DNA of 57,727 bases, taken from an uncultured Cyanobium sp. (GTDB taxonomy: Bacteria; Cyanobacteriota; Cyanobacteriia; PCC-6307; Cyanobiaceae). The stretch's first letter is position 1. Each line of letters begins with the position of its first letter. Shown one piece after another: positions 18,737 to 27,544 of the stretch. Position numbers and translations under genes: made by a program. The DNA lies in contig CAZBMT010000001.1 of the NCBI GenBank assembly GCA_964492645.1, positions 1 to 57,727 on the forward strand, in the 5' to 3' direction. Below the pieces are notes generated by a model, which had not been told where the DNA came from, did no database searches, and was given only the letters and a program-made list of their open reading frames with translations.

Positions 18737-18964
18737 ATGACGTCTTCCCTGTGCCGCCTCGACTCTGAGGTTGTCCCCCAACCCAACCGGATCCGACAGG
18801 GAGACCTCTGGCAGGACACCCACGGACGGCTGAATCTCGCAACGCCATGCAGCGCGCCGGGGCTGATGGTCATGGTCCCAGTCGATCAAGATCTGCCGCC
18901 GCTGGCCATGGATGCGGGCAGGCCCTACCCGTGGCAGCGCGTCCAGTGGGGTGGGCTGCTGTGA
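18737..18964 (+). CDS. Hypothetical protein
   Basis: First gene of a short rightward cluster. Confidence 0.5.
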   Translation: MTSSLCRLDSEVVPQPNRIRQGDLWQDTHGRLNLATPCSAPGLMVMVPVDQDLPPLAMDAGRPYPWQRVQWGGLL

Positions 18965-19239
18965 GCACCATCCCCGACGAGTACACCGCCGCCGGTCACC
19001 CGTTCTACGTGCTGGTGGTCTGCGATGACAGCGGCAAAGGCGAGGGCGATCCGATCGTGTGGGAGCACACGTTCCCGGCCAGCGTCACCCTGGGTGCCGT
19101 GATGGCCCACCAGCAGCGCATCGGCAGCCGGTATGGCCGCAGCTACATCGCCGAGTGCAGGATTATCCCCGAGTCACTGAAGGATCCAGCGGCCGACAAG
19201 GCCGGACTGTTGCCGCCCGCTGAAGGAGAAGCACCGTGA
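18961..19239 (+). CDS. Hypothetical protein
   Basis: GTGA overlaps at both ends. Confidence 0.6.
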   Translation: MSTIPDEYTAAGHPFYVLVVCDDSGKGEGDPIVWEHTFPASVTLGAVMAHQQRIGSRYGRSYIAECRIIPESLKDPAADKAGLLPPAEGEAP

Positions 19240-19508
19240 GCAGCCCTTCGCTCACAGGTGACGCGGTGCTGCGTGAAGTCGCAGCCATGCACGCTGAAGG
19301 CTTCCAGACGTTCAGTGCTGGCACCCTGGCCGAACGCCTGTGGCCCGGGCACCGGCACCACAACGCCAAGGGGCAGGTGTTCCCGCTTGGCGCGGCCGTC
19401 GCAGCGCGGCTCCTGCGCCAATGCCCTGCGGCAGAGGAGATCGAGTTCCGCAGGTGGAAAATCCTGCCCCATCGCTTGCTGCCGCCGGCCGAGGGGGAAG
19501 CATCGTGA
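19236..19508 (+). CDS. Hypothetical protein
   Basis: GTGA overlaps; ends LLPPAEGEAS. Confidence 0.6.
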   Translation: MSSPSLTGDAVLREVAAMHAEGFQTFSAGTLAERLWPGHRHHNAKGQVFPLGAAVAARLLRQCPAAEEIEFRRWKILPHRLLPPAEGEAS

Positions 19509-20077
19509 GCACCCCGCTCCTGCAGCCCGACACGATCCCCGAGGTGGGCAGCTTCTACCTGGTCCCCTGCGCCCGAGCGATGGCCCAAAGCCGGGATGGC
19601 GAGTGGCGGCCGAACCTGCGCCACCCGTCCGCCACCGCCGCCAACAAGGGCTGGGTGCCGGTGATCGGCGAAGTGCATGAAGACCGCGAAATGATCGGCT
19701 TCCAGCCGGATCACATCCACGTCGACGTGCGGTTCGCCTGGCTGAATGGAGAAGACGCCTGGCGTGTCATGTCGCAGCCGCTGGTGGCCCGCGACCATTC
19801 GTGGGACGAGATCCACCGCTCAGAGCCCACCCGGTTCGAGTTCATGCGCCGCCGGCTGCGCTGCAAGCGGCCCGGGCAGCTGTTCCCCGTTGGGGTGTGG
19901 ACACCGAAGCTGGAGCAGGCCCACGCCGGCTGCCGGGTCGGCGCCGATGGCCTGTGCCCGCACCGCGGCATCCCAATCGCCGCCGGTGAGCAGCTGCCGG
20001 ATGGGTCGATGGTCTGCCCTGGCCACGGCCTGCGGTGGGGCAAGCGCGGGCAGCTGCTGCGCCGGAGGGAGCTGTGA
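19505..20077 (+). CDS. Protein with C-terminal Rieske [2Fe-2S] motif
   Basis: LCPHRG...MVCPGHGLRW (CxH...CxxH). Confidence 0.75.
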   Translation: MSTPLLQPDTIPEVGSFYLVPCARAMAQSRDGEWRPNLRHPSATAANKGWVPVIGEVHEDREMIGFQPDHIHVDVRFAWLNGEDAWRVMSQPLVARDHSWDEIHRSEPTRFEFMRRRLRCKRPGQLFPVGVWTPKLEQAHAGCRVGADGLCPHRGIPIAAGEQLPDGSMVCPGHGLRWGKRGQLLRRREL

Positions 20078-20340
20078 CCGCCCTGCAGGTCGAGGATCTC
20101 GATCACGCGATCCTGGGCAACCGCAAGTGGGCCCATCGCGGCGGCGTCTGGCGCGAGTGGATCGCCAGCGGCCCCGGCGGCGACTGGGTCCCCTCTGACC
20201 CGCCGCCACCCGAGGCCGAGTTCTTCAGCTACCGCCAGTGGATGCTGGCCTATGTCGCGGGCATCAAGGCCGGCGGTGCCCTGGCGGCCGCCCGCCGCGT
20301 CCGCGCCGTGCAGCGGACCACCCGGGGGCTGCTGGCATGA
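20074..20340 (+). CDS. Hypothetical protein
   Basis: Coupled GTG start. Confidence 0.55.
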   Translation: MTALQVEDLDHAILGNRKWAHRGGVWREWIASGPGGDWVPSDPPPPEAEFFSYRQWMLAYVAGIKAGGALAAARRVRAVQRTTRGLLA

Positions 20341-20564
20341 GCACTCCCGGCCGCGTGGTGTTCCCCGACCTGCAGTCGCCGTTCGCCACCGGCGGGTACC
20401 CGGCCGCCGCCAGGGCCCTGGTCGAGGCGTTCCCGGCCCGTGGCGACGACCGCCTGTTCCTGAACTGCTGGATCCCCCAGCCGCAGCTGCAGGCGGCGAT
20501 CGAGCGCCGAATGGAAGCCCATGGTGATCCGCAGCGGTGGTGGGACGGGCTGGAGATCGACTGA
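20337..20564 (+). CDS. Hypothetical protein
   Basis: ATGA overlap. Confidence 0.55.
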   Translation: MSTPGRVVFPDLQSPFATGGYPAAARALVEAFPARGDDRLFLNCWIPQPQLQAAIERRMEAHGDPQRWWDGLEID

Positions 20565-20670
20565 TTCGGGTGCTTATCACCCAGATCCACTGCGGCGCAG
20601 CCGATCTTGGCGGTAGTACATTCGCTCAAGCCGTATTGCTGCGGAATGTAAAGCGCAACTGGCACACCCC

Positions 20671-20693
20671 TGTGGAAACACGACTTATCCACA
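20671..20693. promoter_or_regulatory. Pair of inverted DnaA-box-like sites
   Basis: TGTGGAAAC (20671-20679) and consensus TTATCCACA (20685-20693) in non-coding AT-richer DNA. Confidence 0.5.
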
Positions 20694-21098
20694 AGTACGA
20701 CCGTACTGTTCTGCCGGAAAGCATTGCGCTGGAATGTATTTCAGCGCTAGTTCACCTGCACTAAACCAGCAATTTTTGTGTAATAGTGATACGCAATTCT
20801 GGGCTTGATGTGCCAATCGGCTGTGCCAGTCATGTGCCACTTCCTGCTTATGTGTGCCACTACGTCACAGGCACAACACGGCCAGACCCGTTGCGGCGCA
20901 ATAGATCCCGCCTATTCCAGTACGCATGTATCAGCGCCATGGTGTGACGCTCTGGCGCACACTGAGCGCAGGGGCACGACCCCACGGAACTCGACATAGC
21001 CGGGCAACCGGCGCGGGCGGTCGGCCCGATCCCGGTGGTGGTCCATCCCCTGGCACCCCGCTGAGTCCGCCAGGACTCACCACACACCGGAGATCGAC

Positions 21099-21296
21099 AT
21101 GACCGACCAGACCCGCTCCCTCCACCAGGAGGACGCCATCGAGGCCCTGATTGCAGAGGCCGAAGCGGCACTCGTGGTGTACGGGGCCTCCATCGATCGG
21201 GGGCTCGCGCTGGCCGCAGAGATGCACCAGCTGGCCGACTCGATCGACGCCGGCATGGGCAACGCCCACGCCGAGCTGATGGAGTGGCTCCCCTGA
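21099..21296 (+). CDS. Small acidic hypothetical protein
   Basis: GGAG RBS; 65 aa. Confidence 0.6.
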   Translation: MTDQTRSLHQEDAIEALIAEAEAALVVYGASIDRGLALAAEMHQLADSIDAGMGNAHAELMEWLP

Positions 21297-21355
21297 GGGC
21301 GCCCGCCGGGGGCGTCACCCCGGCACCTGACTCCCTGCACCACCGGACACACCCC

Positions 21356-21565
21356 ATGACCACCACCACATCCCCCCTGATGGCCGCCTGGCAGAACGAC
21401 ATGGAGGAGGCGCACGACAACGCCATCGACGCGCTGCGGGCCATCGAGGCGCTGCAGGCCACCGACACCTGGCACGCCATGCCCCGCTCCGTTCAGCTCA
21501 CGCTGTGCGCCTCCCACGCCGCCCTGGTGGGCATCACCAACGGCCTCGTCGAGGCGGGCGTCTGA
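21356..21565 (+). CDS. Small hypothetical protein (MTTTTSPLM...)
   Basis: ATG after an A/C-rich leader. Confidence 0.6.
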   Translation: MTTTTSPLMAAWQNDMEEAHDNAIDALRAIEALQATDTWHAMPRSVQLTLCASHAALVGITNGLVEAGV

Positions 21566-21780
21566 TGGCCACCAGCGCCGCCCGCACCCGCCGCTACCGG
21601 GCCCGGCTGGCCGGCCTGCCTGATCCAGCGGCGCCGCAGCCATGCCCCCTGTGCGGCCGTCTGGTGCGCTCCAGGCGCACCGCACCGCTCTGCAGCCAGT
21701 GCTGGAAGCGATCACCAGCAGGCCGCGAGGCGAACCGGCTCCGGATGCAGGCACGACGGGCTGCCGCTCAGCCGACCTGA
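21565..21780 (+). CDS. Basic zinc-finger protein
   Basis: CPLC...CSQC, Arg-rich. Confidence 0.6.
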   Translation: MATSAARTRRYRARLAGLPDPAAPQPCPLCGRLVRSRRTAPLCSQCWKRSPAGREANRLRMQARRAAAQPT

Positions 21781-22247
21781 TCTTCCAGCCCATCGATCAG
21801 CAGTGGTGAGCTGAGCAGCCGCCACCGCTTCGCCAGCAGCGGCCGGTGGCCGGCCAGGAAGTTCCGCACCGTGTGGTATGAGATCCCCTTCGCCGCGGCG
21901 AATGCACGCTCCTGCCCGACGATGATCTCCAGCCGGCGGTTGCACGTCAGGTCACGCAGCACCCACCGTGGGGCGTTGTTGTCGTTCGGCTGATCGTCCG
22001 CTGATCGTTTCACCCACCAGATCCACGTCCCGCCGCTGTTCCCCCTGGTCACACGTCGCAGCAGACCCTGACGATCGAGCCGGCTGAGGCAGCGGTTCAG
22101 CGTCGCCCGCTCGGTGCCCAGCTGTTCCGCCAGATCCGTCAGCGTCGGCCACCATCCGGGCACCAGCTGCTCGATCTGCACCAGGGTCATCGCCTGCTCA
22201 GCCCTGAGTCGCCGGCGGAGGTGGGCCAAGAACACCGGGTCGATCAT
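21768..22247 (-). CDS. Winged-HTH (MarR-like) DNA-binding protein
   Basis: PTLTDLAEQLGTERATLNRCLSRLDRQGLL. Confidence 0.7.
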   Translation of the reverse strand: MIDPVFLAHLRRRLRAEQAMTLVQIEQLVPGWWPTLTDLAEQLGTERATLNRCLSRLDRQGLLRRVTRGNSGGTWIWWVKRSADDQPNDNNAPRWVLRDLTCNRRLEIIVGQERAFAAAKGISYHTVRNFLAGHRPLLAKRWRLLSSPLLIDGLEDQVG

Positions 22248-22549
22248 CGCCGGACGAAGACCGCGCACTCGGTGCCGGCCACCACCAGGCCGAGCTCAGC
22301 CGGCTCAGGGAAGTCGAGGGTGCAGCGGATGTTGCCAACGGACCAGTGGCGGCAGTCCTCACACGATCGCCACCGCGGCAGGTCCGGTCGCACCTTCCGG
22401 TGGATCTCACCGCTGCGGATCTTGCCGACCAGTTGCCCGCTGCAGCCGAACTCTTCCGCAACCACACGCCGCGGGACGCCATGACTGGTCAGCGCACGGA
22501 CGACCAACGGCTCGATCGTGGCGGTCCCAGCGAAGCGGTAGGAGATCAC
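22244..22549 (-). CDS. HTH plus Cys-cluster protein
   Basis: RRVVAEEFGCSGQLVGKIRSG...CEDCRHW...C...C. Confidence 0.6.
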   Translation of the reverse strand: MISYRFAGTATIEPLVVRALTSHGVPRRVVAEEFGCSGQLVGKIRSGEIHRKVRPDLPRWRSCEDCRHWSVGNIRCTLDFPEPAELGLVVAGTECAVFVRR

Positions 22550-23937
22550 AGGGCCCCCTCGGGCAGCACCTGCCCCTTGATCCGTGCATACCGGCGGTTC
22601 AGGGCCGCCCACACCTCACGGTCCTTGAACTTGAAGTGCACCGTGCCCTTCTTGTAGGCGCGGAAGTCGAAGAATCCCCACTCACGCCATTCACCAGGCG
22701 TGATGTTGTGGAAGCCTCCATCTGGATCCTGCACTTCAGCATAGGGTCGGCCAGTGATGAAACACAGCGCCTTGATCAGGTCGCGCATCTCATCAAGCGC
22801 GCTGCCGTAACCCTTGATGCTCACCCCGCCGCCACTCCAGGCCAACTCCGCCAGGTAGGGAAAGACCAGCTTTTGGTTGAGCATGTAGCCCGAGTTTGTC
22901 ACCCATCCCTCGACGTTCCACCGGTTGTCCTTGGTGTGACGTGTGAGCTTGTCGATCACATCCTCCACTGCTCGATCGATCCGCTGCTCTTGTGTTCCGG
23001 CGACGATCTGCAGCATGCGAAACAGGTTTCGCTCTGTGAACGGGATCTGGCTCTGCTTCTCCACAAAAGCGTTGATGTCCTTCGACAGCTGGCTGGTGGC
23101 CATGTGGGTCGGAAGGAACTCGGCGAAGACGTGCTCCCAGGCGGCCTTGGCCAGATCCTTGCGGAACCGATTGCGCGTGACAGGGGCCCCCTCGATCGTG
23201 ACCTGCAAGCCCAGCTCCTTGCCGAAGAAACCACCCAGAACGCCCTGCAGGCGGATGCCCGCCTCGACCTGCTCATCAAAGATCCGGCAGGCCTCCACGT
23301 AGCGGTTCACGATGTCCCGACTGCGGCGGTAGGGGATCAGTCCTTCACCCTGGGCCTCGATGTCGTCAGGGCCGAGGAAGAATCCCTCGAACTCATCCCC
23401 ACCAGGGCGGACTCCAGGCTTCGTCAGGCGGACCAGACCGACATTCACCCGGGTGGGCCGTTCGGCGGTGGCGAACACCTCGCCCAACTCCTGCTGGATG
23501 CCGTACGCCTCGATCAACTGTGCCAGCTCGGCCTGGCGGCCCCAGCGGCCGCCGCTGATCGTGTTCCAGTTGCACAGGGCTACGATCTTGCAGCCCGGCG
23601 GTGCGATCTCCCAGGCGTGGAGGATGTGGGCCTCGTCAGCCGAGAACGGCGGGTTCATCACCACTAGGTCGATGTGGCTGACATCGGCCGGATGCACCCG
23701 CAGGAAATCGTCGTAGCGGTGAGCCGGCGTGGCGCCACGGATGCCGGTCAGCATGTCCCGCAGCTGCGGCTCCTTCTCGCACCACAGCACCTCAGCAGCG
23801 CCGCGCTCCAGGGATGCCCGGATCAAGTTGCCGCTCCCGGCGCTCGGCTCCAACACAACCCGACCGCGCAGGTCGAGCGGGTCAAGCATCTCGGTCGCGA
23901 CATCGACCGGAGTGGGGAAGAACTCAGCGTTGAACAT
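22546..23937 (-). CDS. Amino-(N6-adenine-type) DNA methyltransferase fused to DUF4942-like domain
   Basis: FFPTP, VLEPSAGSGNL (motif I), VMNPPF (motif IV), C-terminal WGFFDFRAYKKGTVHFKFKD. Confidence 0.88.
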   Translation of the reverse strand: MFNAEFFPTPVDVATEMLDPLDLRGRVVLEPSAGSGNLIRASLERGAAEVLWCEKEPQLRDMLTGIRGATPAHRYDDFLRVHPADVSHIDLVVMNPPFSADEAHILHAWEIAPPGCKIVALCNWNTISGGRWGRQAELAQLIEAYGIQQELGEVFATAERPTRVNVGLVRLTKPGVRPGGDEFEGFFLGPDDIEAQGEGLIPYRRSRDIVNRYVEACRIFDEQVEAGIRLQGVLGGFFGKELGLQVTIEGAPVTRNRFRKDLAKAAWEHVFAEFLPTHMATSQLSKDINAFVEKQSQIPFTERNLFRMLQIVAGTQEQRIDRAVEDVIDKLTRHTKDNRWNVEGWVTNSGYMLNQKLVFPYLAELAWSGGGVSIKGYGSALDEMRDLIKALCFITGRPYAEVQDPDGGFHNITPGEWREWGFFDFRAYKKGTVHFKFKDREVWAALNRRYARIKGQVLPEGAL

Positions 23938-24196
23938 CGCTCGCCTCCGCGGTGGTCACCTCGGAGCACAGGTGCTCCAGCTCGCGGGCCAGGGCCCACT
24001 CCCAGTAGCCCTGGCGGGTGGCGCCACCGGCGACGGACAGCTGCCACTCGTCGACGGTGAAGACCGGGTGCTGGCCCCAGTAGCCGCCATGGGCGCGGGA
24101 CAGCTCCTGAGCAGCGCGGCTCATGGTCGGATCCGCGGGGACGCCGCTGGTCACGATCCCGATAGAGATCGCTTCGGTCGAATCGGGATGGCTCAT
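23924..24196 (-). CDS. Hypothetical protein
   Basis: WGQHPVF...DEWQ...TRQGYWEW. Confidence 0.6.
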   Translation of the reverse strand: MSHPDSTEAISIGIVTSGVPADPTMSRAAQELSRAHGGYWGQHPVFTVDEWQLSVAGGATRQGYWEWALARELEHLCSEVTTAEASDVQR

Positions 24197-24465
24197 GCTG
24201 CCTCCTGCTGGCCGGCGATGTGGGGGAGCATCCCGCTGGTGTGCTGGACCTGGATGCTGCCTGGGCCCCGCGGGCCGACGATCCAGAAATGGCCGGTGCC
24301 ATCGGGGACCGCCTGCGGATCGCTCTCCTCGTAGATGCTCAGGGCGCTGCGGATCTGCTTGTCCAGCGCTTTCAGATCGGAGACGGCCTGCCGGAAGCGC
24401 TGCTCAGCGTCGTCGCGTTCGGACAGCAGCCTGGCGACTTCTTGTAGCCGTGGATCGGTGCTCAT
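24193..24465 (-). CDS. Hypothetical coiled-coil protein
   Basis: 90-aa coupled ORF. Confidence 0.6.
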   Translation of the reverse strand: MSTDPRLQEVARLLSERDDAEQRFRQAVSDLKALDKQIRSALSIYEESDPQAVPDGTGHFWIVGPRGPGSIQVQHTSGMLPHIAGQQEAA

Positions 24466-24539
24466 GGGCCCTCCGGGGGCTGATGGGTAATTCAGGGCGC
24501 AGAGCCCTGCAGCTGGCCTGTGGCGGCCTGGTGCAGGGG

Positions 24540-25277
24540 TCAGGGGAGCAGGGACAGCTGCTGGATGGCCGGGGCCTGGGCCGCCTGTCTGGCGCGCTCG
24601 TCGGCCTCCAGCTCGCGGATGATCGCCTCAGCGGCCCGCCGGATCCGGCGGCTGTCGGCGGCGATCTCGGCCGCGTGGCGGGCCGCTGAGTCCGGTGGCG
24701 CCGGCAGCGGCCGCCGGGGCGCCACCGGCTGAGCAGGCACCGCCACCGGGGGCCGACCGATCGGGAACGGCCGGATCACGTAGGCCGGGTGCTGCCGTTC
24801 GTCCAGCACCAGGGCCAGGCGGTCACCGGGCTGCATGGCCATGGCCACCAGCAGGTCGCGCCACTGCGGCGCCACCACCAGATCGTGGCGGCCGGGGGCC
24901 GTGCCGCTGACGCCATCGACGAACAGCAGCCGACCGTCGTCGCTCAGCCGCTGGAACACCGCCTGCCGGTGGCGGTGCGCCTCGTCGTGGCGGCCGGATG
25001 GCACCAGGCCCAGCCGTGTCGCTGATCGCGGCGCCAGCGGCGCGGCGGCCGTTTGCAGGGGCTCCAGCGGCGGCCCGTGGATCACGGTCACCGCTCCGGT
25101 GGCCATGGCCTGCTGCAGCTGCTCCAGCAGCGCAGCGCAGACGATGGCCCAGTCGCCGCACGGCTTGGTCCCGAAGAACTCGACGACCCGGGCGCCGACC
25201 TGCGCACGCCACAGGCCTTGGCTCCAGTCCTTGGCGCCATCCAGGCGGCTGGGCCAGTGCAGGATCGTGGCGATCAC
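24540..25277 (-). CDS. Hypothetical protein
   Basis: GTGA-coupled start; ends IQQLSLLP. Confidence 0.55.
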   Translation of the reverse strand: MIATILHWPSRLDGAKDWSQGLWRAQVGARVVEFFGTKPCGDWAIVCAALLEQLQQAMATGAVTVIHGPPLEPLQTAAAPLAPRSATRLGLVPSGRHDEAHRHRQAVFQRLSDDGRLLFVDGVSGTAPGRHDLVVAPQWRDLLVAMAMQPGDRLALVLDERQHPAYVIRPFPIGRPPVAVPAQPVAPRRPLPAPPDSAARHAAEIAADSRRIRRAAEAIIRELEADERARQAAQAPAIQQLSLLP

Positions 25278-25495
25278 GGAAGCCTCCCCAGGAACTGCTG
25301 GGCCGGGGCTCCCAGCCGGCCGCCGCCAGCGGCGAACATCCTCAGGTAAGCGGCCAGCGCCGCCGGCCGGCGGCGCTTCAGGTAGGCCATCCAGCACGGG
25401 TCCACGAACCGAACCGGCTCGAACAGGGCCTGGATGATCTGCTCGTCGCTGGCTGCTGCCCAGTCGTTGGGGCGGCCTTGCAGGTGTGTCGTCAC
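25274..25495 (-). CDS. Hypothetical protein
   Basis: Coupled ORF. Confidence 0.5.
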   Translation of the reverse strand: MTTHLQGRPNDWAAASDEQIIQALFEPVRFVDPCWMAYLKRRRPAALAAYLRMFAAGGGRLGAPAQQFLGRLP

Positions 25496-25788
25496 GTCGG
25501 CAACCCCTGCTGGTCGACCCAGAACTCATGCAGCTGGGCCACGTCGCGCACCACCCAGCGATGCACCACGAAGTCCGGGTGCTGGCTCAGGGCCCGGCGG
25601 CGCGACTCGTAGAACGCGGCCAGGTCCAGCCCCAGCTGCTGCAGCACCGCTTCACCGGCGGCCAGGTCGGGCAGCAGCCCGTCGTCATCGGCGCGGTTCA
25701 GGATCGGCAGCCACAAGGCTGCTTCCGGCAGGCGGGCCAGGTTCTCGGCCATCGTCTCGCGCAGGCTGCGGAACACCAGGCGGGTCAT
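25492..25788 (-). CDS. Hypothetical protein (MTRLVFRSL...)
   Basis: ATGA overlap. Confidence 0.55.
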   Translation of the reverse strand: MTRLVFRSLRETMAENLARLPEAALWLPILNRADDDGLLPDLAAGEAVLQQLGLDLAAFYESRRRALSQHPDFVVHRWVVRDVAQLHEFWVDQQGLPT

Positions 25789-26027
25789 CGCGCACCTCGG
25801 GCGGGCTTCGGGGCACCGGCGGTGGCGGCGCGGACGGCGAACAGGTGGCCAGGCCAGAGCTTCCGGCCCTCGGCCGCGGAGCGGTGCGCCAGCGTCGCGC
25901 TGTGGTAGACGCTCTCGGGTCGCCAGGCGGTCCAGCCCTCGCGGTTCTCCAGCGAGGCCATGGGGCAGGGGGCGGCGAACCAGACGATCCAGGCGCCGGG
26001 GCGCGGGGGCTGCGGTGATCGGGTCAT
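25785..26027 (-). CDS. Hypothetical protein
   Basis: Coupled ORF. Confidence 0.45.
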   Translation of the reverse strand: MTRSPQPPRPGAWIVWFAAPCPMASLENREGWTAWRPESVYHSATLAHRSAAEGRKLWPGHLFAVRAATAGAPKPARGAR

Positions 26028-26581
26028 GGCGCGAGGTGGTGGTGATCGGGATAGAGACTGGTCGAGGCTCAGAAAATGTCGAGCCGGTTGGCGCGGACCC
26101 GGGCGGCAAGCCGCAGCAGGTCGGAGGCCGGGGTGTTGGCCCAGGCCGGGGCCCGGGAACCATCAGGGCGCTGCAGGTGGGGGAAGGTCCCCCGGGGGGA
26201 GGTGGTCACGGGGCCTCCAATGGCTTGGGCAGCTGCCGCACCACCGCCCACCAGAGGCGACTGGAGTACGCCTCCCAGCAGCACTGGCAGAGCGTCCCAT
26301 CGGCGTCATCGGGCCACCGTTCGGCGGGATCCGGCACTGCAGCGGAACAGCTGGAGCAGGTGGGGGTGTTCATGCCCACTCCCCCTCCCTGAGGCACGCC
26401 ACCAGCACGGCGCCGGTGCCGGCCAGCTCGAGGGCGCTGCAGATCGCCGCGGCGGCCGTGGTGGCTTCCAGCTGGTGGGTGATGCGCACGCTGCAGCGCT
26501 CGGTGGTGACGGCCCAGGGGCGTGGCACAAGGGGGTATGTGGACTGCGGCACAGAAAGCGGAAAACTGGCGAATCGGGTTC

Positions 26582-26881
26582 TCATGCCGCCTCTTGCTCC
26601 TGCCCCAGGTGCAGCGCCGCCCACTCGAGCAGCTGCGCCTTGGTGCCTTCGAACGATCGGCCATCGAGGAGGCGGACCCAGTAGCGGCGTTCCTGGCCAC
26701 GGCCGGAACCGCGGTGACCCATGCCGGCAGTGACGCCTTCGGAGCGGTTCCAGATGTAGGGGTAGTCGCAGGAATGCGCTGGTGGGGGGAGGTTCAGTTC
26801 CTTCGAGACGGCAGCCACGACCTGGCTGATGGTGGTGTAGGTCATGCGGGCTGTAGCGAGGTGTGCAGGTGCCCGGATCAC
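26582..26881 (-). CDS. Hypothetical protein
   Basis: ORF tiling; start uncertain. Confidence 0.5.
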   Translation of the reverse strand: MIRAPAHLATARMTYTTISQVVAAVSKELNLPPPAHSCDYPYIWNRSEGVTAGMGHRGSGRGQERRYWVRLLDGRSFEGTKAQLLEWAALHLGQEQEAA

Positions 26882-26902
26882 GGCTCCGGGCGGGCCGTGC
26901 GG

Positions 26903-27391
26903 TCAGGCCGCCTTCAACGCCCGCTGCAGGGACGACCGGCTGACACCGCAGAGCGATGCGGCCGGGCGCTGCTTCATGCCGCTGCGGACCAGTCGGACGG
27001 CCCGGGCCATGGGGTCGACGGTGTGGCCGAACCCGCAACGGGTGGGCACCGCAGCGATGGCGAAGGCCGGCACCAGCAGAGCCGCAGGGGCGGCTGCAGC
27101 GGGCAGCAGCGGAACTTCAAACTTGACGCCGGCTTGACGTTGGCTTGAAGCGGCGCCCTCCCTCACCAGCAGGCGCACCCACAGGGCCGCCAGCCGGTCG
27201 TTTGTCCGGTGCACCCACCGGCCGGTCATTTCCCCCGCCACGTAGACGCCGACCGCGAAGGCCAGCAGGCCGTGCCAGACGATGTGGGCGACCTCAGCCC
27301 AGTCGATCTCGCTCTCGATCCAGACCAGCGTGCGCCACGTGCGGCCGGTGATGTGGCCAGCAGTGCCGGCCCAGGTGTTGATGGTGGTCAT
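26903..27391 (-). CDS. Protein with TM segment and C-terminal HTH
   Basis: IVWHGLLAFAVGVYVAG; MARAVRLVRSGMKQRPAASLCGVSRSSLQRAL. Confidence 0.6.
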   Translation of the reverse strand: MTTINTWAGTAGHITGRTWRTLVWIESEIDWAEVAHIVWHGLLAFAVGVYVAGEMTGRWVHRTNDRLAALWVRLLVREGAASSQRQAGVKFEVPLLPAAAAPAALLVPAFAIAAVPTRCGFGHTVDPMARAVRLVRSGMKQRPAASLCGVSRSSLQRALKAA

Positions 27392-27455
27392 GATCCTGCC
27401 CTCCAGGGCGAATGGTTTTCAGCGGAGCCGTCCACGGCTGCAACGCTGTCCCCGA

Positions 27456-27506
27456 ATTATAGGGTCTGGTTTTACTTTTAGTGGTGGAGTCGGTCTGGGT
27501 CCAGAC
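27456..27506 (-). promoter_or_regulatory. Leftward sigma70-type promoter with operator-like site
   Basis: TATAAT on the minus strand at 27456-27461; GGTCTGGGTCCAGAC at 27492-27506. Confidence 0.5.
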
Positions 27507-27544
27507 ACGAACTGACATACATGCCGGCCGCCGCCTGGGGGTGG

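Noticed and set aside
26560-26567. GGAAAACT copy in the early arm as a late promoter
   Set aside because: No credible + strand gene follows; possibly chance or antisense, unsupported
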